Assembly (NCBI GenBank): GCA_046735815.1
Contig: JBKPUA010000119.1
Location: forward strand, 1 to 45,646
DNA length: 45,646 bases
From: Pseudomonadota bacterium
Lineage (GTDB): Bacteria; Pseudomonadota; Alphaproteobacteria; Rhizobiales; Xanthobacteraceae
Direction of reading: 5' to 3'
In this document: piece by piece, positions 9,171-17,791 of the stretch
Layout: each line of letters opens with the position of its first letter
Numbering within the stretch: position 1 is the stretch's first letter
Position numbers and translations under genes: made by a program
Notes under the pieces: model-generated
What the model saw: the letters and a program-made list of their open reading frames with translations, nothing else
The model's database searches: none
What the model was told of the DNA's origin: nothing

Positions 9171-9695
9171 GTGACCATCGTATGGAAACACGGCCTGCGT
9201 GCGCCGGTGGCGGCAAGCGCCGTGCTGGTCGCGGCGCTGGCCGTTGCTCCGCCCGTTTGGGCGCAAACCCCGGACGACATCGCCGCGGGCTTTCGGCTGT
9301 TTCGGCAAAAGGGCAATTGCCAAGCGTGTCACGGCTGGGCTGGCGATGGCCGCAAGCTCGACAGCCAGATGCCCGACGGCGCCAATCTGCGCGCATCGGT
9401 GCTCGACCGCGAGGCGCTGATCCTGCTCATCAAGTGCGGGCGCCCGGGCAGCGGCATGCCGGCGTTCGACAAGTTCGCCTACAGCGACGGGCGCTGCTAC
9501 GGCCTCAAGCAGGCCGACCTGCGCGCGAAGAATTTGCAGATGCCCGATCCGCCGGCGACCTTGCAGCCGCGCGAGATCGAAGCGATCGCGGATTTCATGT
9601 TCGCCAAGGTCATCGGCAAGGGGCCGATGGATCGCGCCAAGTGCATCGACTATTGGGGCTCGGACGGCGAAACCTGCAGCGAATTTGCCAAGTAG
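9171..9695 (+). CDS. monoheme c-type cytochrome, secreted
   Basis: GTG 9171 follows GGGAGG. A signal peptide ends in PPVWAQ. CQACH heme motif, with GSGMPAF as the Met ligand segment. Confidence 0.8.
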   Translation: MTIVWKHGLRAPVAASAVLVAALAVAPPVWAQTPDDIAAGFRLFRQKGNCQACHGWAGDGRKLDSQMPDGANLRASVLDREALILLIKCGRPGSGMPAFDKFAYSDGRCYGLKQADLRAKNLQMPDPPATLQPREIEAIADFMFAKVIGKGPMDRAKCIDYWGSDGETCSEFAK

Positions 9696-9696
9696 A

Positions 9697-9717
9697 GGCG
9701 GAGCCAACGGCTCCGCC
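9697..9717. terminator. hairpin between convergent genes (possible bidirectional terminator)
   Basis: Perfect 9-bp stem GGCGGAGCC-AAC-GGCTCCGCC. There is no clear U-tract. Confidence 0.35.
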
Positions 9718-9743
9718 CTGATGGAGAGCCTTGCTCGCCGAGC

Positions 9744-11507
9744 TCAATTGAGCGCGAATACGAACAGATAGCTCGAGTTCTCCAGCTTATCGAACTTGAC
9801 CGGATGCAGGTGGCGGCCGCTGGTCTGCACCGCGAGATACTGCTTCGGGCCGATGGCGTAGGTCACCGGCGCGCCCTTGAGCGGGGTGCCGACGTTGAAG
9901 CGCCAGAGCTCCTCCAGCGTCTCGTCGTTATAGGCGATGACCCAGCCGTCCTGCAGCGCGGTGAAGACCACGCCGCCGGCCGTCACCAGCGCGCCCGAGC
10001 GGATTTCGATGTCGGTGATGGCCTTGGCCACGACCTTGTGGTTGAGGGTGTCGAAGGCGGTGATCGAACCGTAATAGAGATCGCTGGTGTAAGTCCGCTT
10101 CTCGCTCTTTTCGCGATCCATGCCACCGTCAGGCGACTTATAGGCCACCGCCGCGCCGTTCTGCGTGAAGCAGCCTTCGATGCCGACGCCGTAGGCGATC
10201 TTCTTGACCGGGTTATAGGCCACCGGCTGATGTGCGACGCCGCCATGCCAGGTCGGGCAGGCGCGCTTCATGCCGTCGCCGCGCAGCGCCCGCGCCTCGG
10301 TGACGTATTGCTGCACGTCGAGCTTGGGGTCGTATTCGATCGGCTTGCCGGTCTTGGGATCGAGGCCTTTGGTCCAGTTCAGATCGTTCACGTATTGGCC
10401 GCTCTTGATGAAGCTGCCGTTCGTGCGGTCGAGCGTATAGAAGAAGCCGTTGCGCCCGAAATGTGCCACCGCCTGGCGGTTCTGCCCGTCGATGGTGGTG
10501 TCGTAGAGCAGGTGGATGCCGTTCTCGTCGTAATCCCATGAGTCGTTGGGCGTGTATTGGAAAAACCAAACGAGCTTGCCGGTCTCGATGTCGAGTGCGA
10601 CCGCCGAGTTGGTGTAGAGATTATCGCCCGGCCGTGCCTGCGGGTCGTAGATCGGCACCGGGTTGCCGGTGCCCCAGATCGTGAGCTTCGACGCCGGATC
10701 GTAGGAGCCGGTCTGCCACAGCCCGCCGCCGCCGCTCTTCCAGGCGTTGGTCTTGTCCTTCCAGGTCTCGCTGCCGGGATCGCCCGGCTTCGGCACGACA
10801 TACCAGCGCCAGAGCTCGTTGCCGGTCTTGACGTCGAGCGCGGCGAGCCAGCCGCGCGTGCCGGCGTCGCCCGCGCCATTGGCGACGATCACCTTGCCTT
10901 CGGCGGTGATGGGCGCCGACAGGAACCGCTCCTTGCTGCCGAACTCGTTCGGCTTGGCGATCTGCTTGTCCCAGACGATTTCGCCGGAGTCGCGGTTGAT
11001 CGCGATCACCCGCCCGTCGGGGAGATTGGCGATCACCAGGTCGTCCCACAGCGCGATGCCGCGGGTGCGCGGCACATTGCCTTCGTGCCGCACGCCGGGA
11101 TCGGCGATCCACACGAACTCGCCCTTGTTGGGACTACGCGCGTCGATCTTGTAGACCGTGCCCCAGCCGTCGGTCGTATACATGAATCCGTTGTCGATGA
11201 GCGGATTGACCTCGTTCTCGGGGCCGTTCTGCCCGATGTCCTGCATACCGCCGAGCGCCAGCGCCCACACCATGCGCAGGTCCTTGACGTTGTCGCGATT
11301 GATCTGGGTGAGCTTCGAGTATCGCGTCGAGCCATAGTCGCCGTTCATCATCAGCCAGTTCTGCGGCTCCTTCTGGGCATTGATCAGCCGGTCGCGGTTG
11401 ACCGTCATCTTGTATTCGGCGGCGAACGCGGACGCCGCGATGGCGGCGGCCGAGGCGCCGGTAAGCGCGATGGCGACGATGCTCCTGGGCTTGCGGAAAG
11501 CTCGCAT
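9744..11507 (-). CDS. PQQ-dependent dehydrogenase, methanol/ethanol family (XoxF-like, divergent)
   Basis: 587 aa. The start reads CAT on the + strand at 11505-11507 and follows GGGGAGA on the coding strand. Signal peptide present. Family-typical segments: NWLMMNGDYGSTRYSKLTQINRDNVKDL, GGGLWQTGSYDP, NDSWDYDENG, FGRNGFFYTLDRTNG. Confidence 0.9.
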   Translation of the reverse strand: MRAFRKPRSIVAIALTGASAAAIAASAFAAEYKMTVNRDRLINAQKEPQNWLMMNGDYGSTRYSKLTQINRDNVKDLRMVWALALGGMQDIGQNGPENEVNPLIDNGFMYTTDGWGTVYKIDARSPNKGEFVWIADPGVRHEGNVPRTRGIALWDDLVIANLPDGRVIAINRDSGEIVWDKQIAKPNEFGSKERFLSAPITAEGKVIVANGAGDAGTRGWLAALDVKTGNELWRWYVVPKPGDPGSETWKDKTNAWKSGGGGLWQTGSYDPASKLTIWGTGNPVPIYDPQARPGDNLYTNSAVALDIETGKLVWFFQYTPNDSWDYDENGIHLLYDTTIDGQNRQAVAHFGRNGFFYTLDRTNGSFIKSGQYVNDLNWTKGLDPKTGKPIEYDPKLDVQQYVTEARALRGDGMKRACPTWHGGVAHQPVAYNPVKKIAYGVGIEGCFTQNGAAVAYKSPDGGMDREKSEKRTYTSDLYYGSITAFDTLNHKVVAKAITDIEIRSGALVTAGGVVFTALQDGWVIAYNDETLEELWRFNVGTPLKGAPVTYAIGPKQYLAVQTSGRHLHPVKFDKLENSSYLFVFALN

Positions 11508-11520
11508 GGCGTGGTCTCCC

Positions 11521-11600
11521 CAAAAGTATTGTTATGCTTATGCGCGCCTTTCCATGCTGAAAAAGCGCATGAAATTAAGACTATACGCGCTCCTTTGGGC
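11521..11600. promoter_or_regulatory. AT-rich divergent intergenic region between the PQQ dehydrogenase and ankyrin genes
   Basis: A locally AT-rich stretch (AAAAGTATTGTTATGCTTATGCGCGCC...GAAATTAAGACTATACGC) with a short inverted repeat ATGCGC/GCGCAT. No defined boxes could be assigned. Confidence 0.25.
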
Positions 11601-11682
11601 GAGCAATGCCGTGGCGGTATGGGTGCGCCTGCAAAGGTGGACAGCACGCGAGCCGCATGAAAGTCTGCCGACCGAAAGCGCC

Positions 11683-12621
11683 ATGAACACCAGCCACCGC
11701 TTCGTTCGCTCGGGTTTGCTTCTGCTCGCTTGCGCGCTGGCGCAGGAAGCGTCCGCGGGGCCGGCGCAGCCGGCCGGGCCACCCGCGTGCTCGGAGCTCG
11801 AGCGCAGGCTCGAGCTGGGCGGGCCCGAGGCGACGCCGATGCAATTGAGCTTACTCTTGTTCGCGGCGGCGGATTCGGGCTGCCAGCCGCTGGCGCGGCG
11901 TCTGATCGAGGCCGGCGCGTCGCTCGAGGCGCGCGACCGGCTCGGCGCCATGGCGTTGGCGCGCGCGGCGCGAGCGGGACACGTCGCGCTGGTCGAGCTT
12001 TTTCTCGCTCGGGGCGCCGCCATCGACGCGCGCAATCTCTTCGGCGCGACCGCGCTCTATGGCGCCACCGAGAACGAGCGGCAAGCGACCGTCGCGGCTT
12101 TGCTTGCCAAGAATGCCGACCCGAACCTGCCGGGGCGCTCCGGCGTCACCCCGCTCGCCGCCGCGGCGTATAAGGGCAGCGGCCGTATCGTCGATCTGCT
12201 CATCGCCCGCGGTGCCGCGGTCGACGTGCTCGACAACACCGGCAAGTCGGCGATCGCCTACGCCGCAGCGCGCGGCTTCGCCTTGATCGTGCGCCGCCTG
12301 CTCGATGCCGGTCTCGATCCCAAGCGCGCCTACGGCAACGGCTTGACGGCGCTGATGTGGGCGGCCGGCCACGAGGACGGCGTCGGCGACAGTGCCGCGG
12401 GCGAGGTCATCGAGCTGTTGCTCACGGCCGGCGCGCCCATCGACGCGGTCGACAACCGCGGCCGCACCGCGCTGATGATCGCCGCCGAGCTCGGTTATGC
12501 GGCGATCGTCGACTTGCTCCTGGCCCGCGGCGCCGATCGAGCGATCGCCGATGCGAGCGGTAAGCGTGCCGCCGATCTGGCGACGAGCGAGAGCGTGCGT
12601 GCCAAGCTCCAGGCTAGGTGA
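11683..12621 (+). CDS. secreted ankyrin-repeat protein
   Basis: ATG 11683 with signal peptide MNTSHRFVRSGLLLLACALAQEASA. At least 6 ankyrin-like units are visible (e.g. GATALYGATENERQATVAALLAKNADPN, GVTPLAAAAYKGSGRIVDLLIARGAAVD, GRTALMIAAELGYAAIVDLLLARGAD). Confidence 0.85.
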   Translation: MNTSHRFVRSGLLLLACALAQEASAGPAQPAGPPACSELERRLELGGPEATPMQLSLLLFAAADSGCQPLARRLIEAGASLEARDRLGAMALARAARAGHVALVELFLARGAAIDARNLFGATALYGATENERQATVAALLAKNADPNLPGRSGVTPLAAAAYKGSGRIVDLLIARGAAVDVLDNTGKSAIAYAAARGFALIVRRLLDAGLDPKRAYGNGLTALMWAAGHEDGVGDSAAGEVIELLLTAGAPIDAVDNRGRTALMIAAELGYAAIVDLLLARGADRAIADASGKRAADLATSESVRAKLQAR

Positions 12622-12632
12622 GCGGTGGGCCG

Positions 12633-13247
12633 CTATTGCCCGCCGAGGTATTGCAGCCCGGCCATGTATTGCGCGAGCGCCGCGATATCCTCGTCGGAGA
12701 TCGCCAGCATCAGGTCGGTCATGCCTGGATTGTTGCCGCGAGAGCGCGTGCGGAAGTCGAGCATGGTCTGCTGCATATATTCCTTCGACTGGCCCGCCAG
12801 GCGAGGCTGCGTGCCTTCGCCCTGATAGCTGCCCTGGTGGCAGCCGGTGCATCCGACCGAAGCATTCGTCCGCGTCGCGTGGGCCGCAACATCCGCCGGC
12901 GCTTGCGGTTGCTGCAAATCCGGCCACCGCTTCTGCGAGAAATAGAGCGCCAGCGCCATCATGTCGTCGCGCTCGAGCGTCTGCGCCAGCGGCGTCATGA
13001 TGTCGTTCTTGCGCGCCCCGCTCTTGTAGTCGCGCAGCTCCAGATAGAGATAGCCTTGGTACTGGCCCCAGATCACCGGCGTATTCTTCTGCTGCGGAAT
13101 GCCGTTCTCACCGTGGCAGGCGGCGCAGAGTTGCGCCTTCTCCTCGATGCTCTGGGCGTACGCGGTCGCGGGAAAGGTCACCGTTCCGACCAGAGTCAGC
13201 AGAATCGCAGTCGCGATCGCATGTCCGTCTTGTGCTCGCGTGATCAT
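12633..13247 (-). CDS. diheme c-type cytochrome (c4-like), secreted
   Basis: 204 aa with a signal peptide ending in ATAYAQ. Two CxxCH motifs (CAACH, CTGCH). Confidence 0.85.
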   Translation of the reverse strand: MITRAQDGHAIATAILLTLVGTVTFPATAYAQSIEEKAQLCAACHGENGIPQQKNTPVIWGQYQGYLYLELRDYKSGARKNDIMTPLAQTLERDDMMALALYFSQKRWPDLQQPQAPADVAAHATRTNASVGCTGCHQGSYQGEGTQPRLAGQSKEYMQQTMLDFRTRSRGNNPGMTDLMLAISDEDIAALAQYMAGLQYLGGQ

Positions 13248-13285
13248 GTTTGCTGTTGTGCCGTGGCCGGACGGGGCCGATCAAC

Positions 13286-13314
13286 AAAAAAAGACGGGAC
13301 CCGAGGGTCCTGCC
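13286..13314 (-). terminator. intrinsic terminator downstream of the second PQQ dehydrogenase
   Basis: The minus-strand RNA reads GGCAGGACC-CUCG-GGUCCCGUC followed by U7. This is the A7 run at 13286-13292 on the + strand. Confidence 0.65.
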
Positions 13315-13359
13315 GTTACAACGTTCAGACGACGTCGATGATTGCTCGCTAAATTAGCG

Positions 13360-15078
13360 TCAGTCCAGCGTGAAGGCGATGATGGCGTTGCCGCGCTTGT
13401 AGTCGAGCTGCACGTTGCCGCCGGCGCCCACCACGATGTATTGCTTGCCCCCGACCGTGTAGCTCGAAGGCGGCGCATTGACGCCGGCGCCGGCATTGAA
13501 CGTCCACAACACGTTGCCGTTGCGCGCATCGTAGGCGCGGAAGCGGCCATTGCCTTCGCCGGTAAAGACGAGCCCGCCCGCGGTCGCCAGGATCCCGCCA
13601 ATCATCGGCTGGGGCGTCTTGACCTGCCAGCGGATCTTGCCGGTGTTATAGTCGACGGCGGTGATGTTGCCCGACTGCTCCTCGCTCGGGATCACCTTGA
13701 AGGCGCCGCCGAGCCAGAGCTTGCCGCCCGGATAGGGCGAGCTTTGCACCTGGTAGGTCATGGGCTGGTGGAGATTGATGGCGTAGCTCAGCCCAAGCCG
13801 CGGATTGACGGTCATGGGCGACCATTCCACGCCGCCGTTGGCGCCCGGCAGCATGCGCGCGCCTTCCGCCGTCGGCAGGGTCCACATGTTCTCCTGCGGC
13901 ACCATGGCGTCGGAGAAGCGGATCAGGCTGCAGTCCTTGCGGTCGTGCACGTAGACGTGGCCGGTCTTGCCGGCGTGGATGACACCGGGAATGACCTTGC
14001 CGCCCTTGTCGCGCACGTCGACCAGAACAGGCGGGCTGACCGCGTCGAGATCCCACACGTCGTGGGCGATGTACTGGAAGTGGCAGACGTATTTGCCGGT
14101 GTCGAGGTCGAGCGAGACGAGCGAGTCGGTGTAGAGATTGTCGCCGGGACGCAGCGAGCCATCGAGGTCGGGCGACGGATTGCCGACGACGAAATAGATG
14201 CGGTTGGTGGCGAGATCGACCGCAGGATTCTGCCACACGCCGCCGCCCAGCGTCTTATAGGGATCGCCGGTTTTGGCGAGCTGCTCCTTCTCCGCCTGGA
14301 TGTTGCGCTTCATGTCGCGGCCGGTGGCATCCTTCTCCGCCCATACCCCGACCGAGTTCTCCGGGATGGTGTTGAAGGTCCACAGGAGCTTGCCGTCCTT
14401 GGCGTCGTAGGCTTTGACGAAGCCGCGAATGCCGTATTCGCCGCCGTTGGTGCCGATCAGCACCTTACCCTTGACCACGGTTGGTGCCATGGTCTCACTG
14501 TAGCCGAGCTCGGGATCGGCGATGTCCGATTGCCAAACTTTCTTTCCGGTCTTGGCGTCGAGCGCGACCAGCTTGGCGTCGAGGGTGGCGAGGTAGACCT
14601 TATCCTCGTAGACCGCCACGCCGCGATTGTTCGGGCCGCAGCAATAGACCGTGATCGGCCCGAGCGGCTGCTTGTAGTACCACAGTTGCTCGCCGGTCTG
14701 TGCGTTGAGCGCATAGACCTGGCTGAACGAGGTGGTGACATACATCACGCCGTTGACGACGATCGGCGACGTCTCCATCGATTCCTTGACGTCGGTCTGG
14801 AAGATCCACGCCGGGCGCAGCCGCCGCACGTTGCCGACGTTGATCTGCGCCGCGGGGTGGAAGCGCTTCTGCGTGTAGTCGCCGTTGGTGTGGAGGAAAT
14901 TGGCGCTGTCGTTGGCGGCGCGGTCGAGCATGTCTTGCGTGACGTTGCTCGGCGTTATGCTCGGCGCCGCCGCTGGCCGTGCCGCCTGCTTCACCTCCTG
15001 CGCCGACCCTGCGTGTGTCCACGCCAGCGCGAGGACGAACGCGCCAGCCGTCATCAATGCCGCTCGGATTGGGCTCAT
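13360..15078 (-). CDS. PQQ-dependent alcohol dehydrogenase, methanol/ethanol family (type I-like)
   Basis: The start reads CAT on the + strand at 15076-15078 and follows GGGGGAGG on the coding strand. Signal peptide [26 protein letters not shown]. Vicinal Cys pair ([11 protein letters not shown]). Also [23 protein letters not shown] and [15 protein letters not shown]. Confidence 0.9.
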   Translation of the reverse strand: MSPIRAALMTAGAFVLALAWTHAGSAQEVKQAARPAAAPSITPSNVTQDMLDRAANDSANFLHTNGDYTQKRFHPAAQINVGNVRRLRPAWIFQTDVKESMETSPIVVNGVMYVTTSFSQVYALNAQTGEQLWYYKQPLGPITVYCCGPNNRGVAVYEDKVYLATLDAKLVALDAKTGKKVWQSDIADPELGYSETMAPTVVKGKVLIGTNGGEYGIRGFVKAYDAKDGKLLWTFNTIPENSVGVWAEKDATGRDMKRNIQAEKEQLAKTGDPYKTLGGGVWQNPAVDLATNRIYFVVGNPSPDLDGSLRPGDNLYTDSLVSLDLDTGKYVCHFQYIAHDVWDLDAVSPPVLVDVRDKGGKVIPGVIHAGKTGHVYVHDRKDCSLIRFSDAMVPQENMWTLPTAEGARMLPGANGGVEWSPMTVNPRLGLSYAINLHQPMTYQVQSSPYPGGKLWLGGAFKVIPSEEQSGNITAVDYNTGKIRWQVKTPQPMIGGILATAGGLVFTGEGNGRFRAYDARNGNVLWTFNAGAGVNAPPSSYTVGGKQYIVVGAGGNVQLDYKRGNAIIAFTLD

Positions 15079-15251
15079 GATGTATCCTCCCCCAGGGTGG
15101 ATCTTCGTGGAGCCATCGTTCCAAACGGAACGGGCAATTCTTCCCACCCTTGTTGCCAAACGTGACCGCCCGTCCGGAGCCTGTCAAGGCGGATCGGGCG
15201 CGCAGATCGCGCCGGCGCGGTGCGGAAAAGCTGCTGGCGTTGACGGCGACA

Positions 15252-15815
15252 TCAACGCGTCGGCAGACGGGATGCCTTTTGCGTCAGGCGTGCAATCTCG
15301 GCGCCGTGGTTGCGAAAATAATGCTTGAACCAGAACGTGAAGGAATCCGGCTCGCGCGCCATGCGCCGTCGGATGTCGTCGAACGACAGGTGCGCCACGT
15401 CAGCGACCTCGCTTGGGTTGGGCTTGGGCTGCGATAGCAGCCGTCCGAAATAGACGTAGACGAACTCGTTCTCGTGCATGCCATTGCCGAGGTCGGCCTG
15501 ATAACGGGCGAAAAACCCGAACGACAAATCGCTGCTTAAGCCGAGCTCCTCGCCGAGTCGGCGGCGTGCCGCCGCGGCGGTGCGCTCTCCGCGCCGCGGA
15601 TGGCCGCAGCAGGAATTCGCCCACAATCCGCCCGAGTGATACTTGGCCGGGCTCCTTTGCTGCAGCACGATCCGCCCGCCCTCATCGACGATGAAGATCG
15701 AAAACGCGCGGTGCAGAAGGCCGGCGCGATGGACGGCGGTCTTGCCGCCGAAGCCGATGGCGCGATTGCGCTCGTCGACGAGGATCAACTGTTCCTCGGA
15801 CATTCTTCGGCTCAT
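15252..15815 (-). CDS. idi: isopentenyl-diphosphate delta-isomerase, type 1 (Nudix)
   Basis: Motifs seen: LHRAFSIFI, WANSCCGHP (catalytic Cys) and HENEFVYVY (catalytic Glu). The start at 15815 overlaps the upstream stop as ATGA. An alternative ATG is at 15803. Confidence 0.9.
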   Translation of the reverse strand: MSRRMSEEQLILVDERNRAIGFGGKTAVHRAGLLHRAFSIFIVDEGGRIVLQQRSPAKYHSGGLWANSCCGHPRRGERTAAAARRRLGEELGLSSDLSFGFFARYQADLGNGMHENEFVYVYFGRLLSQPKPNPSEVADVAHLSFDDIRRRMAREPDSFTFWFKHYFRNHGAEIARLTQKASRLPTR

Positions 15816-17149
15816 GGCTTGTTTATCTGCCGCAGATCCTTCACCCGCACCGCCTTGCCCTGCGAACGCGGTACCTCCCCGGGTGCCTTGAGCACGACCT
15901 CGCAGGTGACGCCGACCATGGACTTGATGTGGGTGCGCAGGTCGGCTGCCATCTTGGCGACGAACAGCTCGTCCCGCGGGGCAGGGGGCAAAAGCTCCAC
16001 CTCGATCGTAATCGCATCCATTGCCCCTTCGCGCGTGAGTACGAGCTGATAGTGCGGCGCGAGTCCGGGAAAGCCCACCAGGAAGGCTTCGACCTGCGAC
16101 GGATAGACGTTGACGCCGCGGATGATCAGCATGTCGTCGCTGCGCCCGGTCACGCGCAGCATGCGTCGGTGGGTGCGCCCGCAGGCGCAGGGCTCATCGA
16201 TCAGCCGCGTGATGTCGCGCGTGCGATAGCGCAACATCGGCAGCGCCTCCTTGGTGAGGGTGGTAAGGACAAGCTCGCCGCTCTCACCCAAGGGCAGGGG
16301 CTCGGTGGTCTCCGGATCGATCACCTCGCAGAGGAAATGATCCTCCCAGATGTGCAGCCCGTGCTGCGCCTCGTAGCATTCGCTGCCGACGCCCGGGCCG
16401 ATGATCTCGGAGAGGCCATAGGTGTCCATGGCCTTGATGCCGAATTTCGCCTCGAGGTCGCGGCGCATGGCCTCGCTCCAGGGCTCGGCCCCGAAGCAGC
16501 CGCTGCGCAGCGGCAGCGCGTGCAGATCGATGCCCATGCCCTCCGCCACTTCGGCGATGTTGAGCGCATAGGACGGCGTCGCGCCCAGGACATTGGCGCC
16601 GAAATCCTTCATCAGCATCACCTGCCGCTCGGTGGCGCCGCCCGAGACCGGCACGGTGGTCAGGCCGAGTCTCTCGGCGCCGTAGTGGAATCCGAGCCCG
16701 CCGGTGAACAGGCCGTAGCCATAGGCATTGTGGAAGATATCGCCCGGGCGCCCGCCCATGCAGGCGATCGAGCGCGCCATCAGGTTCGACCACAGATCGA
16801 GATCGGCGCGGGTGTAGCCGACCACGGTCGGCTTGCCGGTCGTGCCCGACGAGGCGTGCAGCCGCAGCAGATCCTCGCGCGGCACCGCGAACAGGCCGAA
16901 GGGGAAATTGTCGCGCAGGTCGGCTTTGACCATGAACGGCAGGCGCGCGACGTCGGCGAGCGTCTTGATTTGTTCCGGCCGCACCCCCGCAGCATCGAGC
17001 TTCTTGCGGACATGCGGGACCTTGGCGTAGGCGCGGGCGACCATCGCCCGCAGGCGCGCGAGCTGCAGCGCCGCAAGCTCGTCGCGCGCCATGGTCTCGG
17101 CCGCGCGATCGAACATGAAGCTCTCATTCCGGGGAACGGCGCGTGCCAT
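15812..17149 (-). CDS. phenylacetate-CoA ligase family (PaaK-like) aryl/acyl-CoA ligase
   Basis: Motifs seen: SSGTTGKPTVVGYT (AMP-binding), FGLTEIIG-like YGLSEIIGPG, and DMLIIRGVNVYPSQVE. The start at 17149 follows GGGGAA; an alternative ATG at 17116 is possible. Confidence 0.85.
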   Translation of the reverse strand: MARAVPRNESFMFDRAAETMARDELAALQLARLRAMVARAYAKVPHVRKKLDAAGVRPEQIKTLADVARLPFMVKADLRDNFPFGLFAVPREDLLRLHASSGTTGKPTVVGYTRADLDLWSNLMARSIACMGGRPGDIFHNAYGYGLFTGGLGFHYGAERLGLTTVPVSGGATERQVMLMKDFGANVLGATPSYALNIAEVAEGMGIDLHALPLRSGCFGAEPWSEAMRRDLEAKFGIKAMDTYGLSEIIGPGVGSECYEAQHGLHIWEDHFLCEVIDPETTEPLPLGESGELVLTTLTKEALPMLRYRTRDITRLIDEPCACGRTHRRMLRVTGRSDDMLIIRGVNVYPSQVEAFLVGFPGLAPHYQLVLTREGAMDAITIEVELLPPAPRDELFVAKMAADLRTHIKSMVGVTCEVVLKAPGEVPRSQGKAVRVKDLRQINKP

Positions 17150-17567
17150 GGGCTTCCCCTGACAGTGCGGCAAATCGCGCCGCCTTCGCCTTGACCCGCT
17201 CGGACGTCTTGCTCTTGTCGACCACGAAACGGGTATGAGTGCCGGCGCCGACCTTGTCGAGCTGGTCCTTGACCTCAGCTTCAAACGAAATCTTGCGACC
17301 GTCCACGGCGGTAACGCGCACCGCGATCTCGACGGTCATGCCGAGCAGCGTCGGTGCCAGATGCTTGATCGCGACCTCCATGCCGACCGAGTCCTCGCCC
17401 GGATCGGCATGCTCGAGAATGACTTCGCGGCACGTCTGCTCGACGTCGCGGATCATGGAGGGGGTACCGTAGGTGCGCGCCTCCTCGCCCATGAAGCCGA
17501 TGGTGCGCTCGCGGTCGATTTCGATGCGGTTGACCCGGGTGACGCCGGGGCGAAGGCTCGGCTTCAT
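17124..17567 (-). CDS. hotdog-fold thioesterase, FlK/COG5496-like
   Basis: The start reads CAT on the + strand at 17565-17567 and follows GAGGAAGGAA on the coding strand. GEDSVGMEVAIKHLAPTLLGMTVEIAVRVTAVDGRKISFEAEV...GAGTHTRFVV matches the layout of fluoroacetyl-CoA-thioesterase-like proteins, as far as I recall it. Confidence 0.7.
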   Translation of the reverse strand: MKPSLRPGVTRVNRIEIDRERTIGFMGEEARTYGTPSMIRDVEQTCREVILEHADPGEDSVGMEVAIKHLAPTLLGMTVEIAVRVTAVDGRKISFEAEVKDQLDKVGAGTHTRFVVDKSKTSERVKAKAARFAALSGEAHGTRRSPE

Positions 17568-17791
17568 GGTTCCTTCCTCGCGGCGATATAACCGGAAAGC
17601 CTTCGGGATTGAAATCGCTTGTTGGCCTAGGCGCAAGCGGCGACGACCGGATTGATCAGAGACTGGTGACCCTTTGGAACCCTCGATTCTCGCGAACCGC
17701 GCTGGGGATTGGTCCGGAGTAAGCATTGAGGTGAGCAGGCCATGCCACTAGAGTCTACCGTTCCCGATCTCGAACGCGTGTTAAGCTCGCC

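Noticed and set aside
13342-15165. 607-aa ORF on the plus strand
   Set aside because: It is a mirror frame of the PQQ alcohol dehydrogenase gene, which has unmistakable family motifs on the minus strand.
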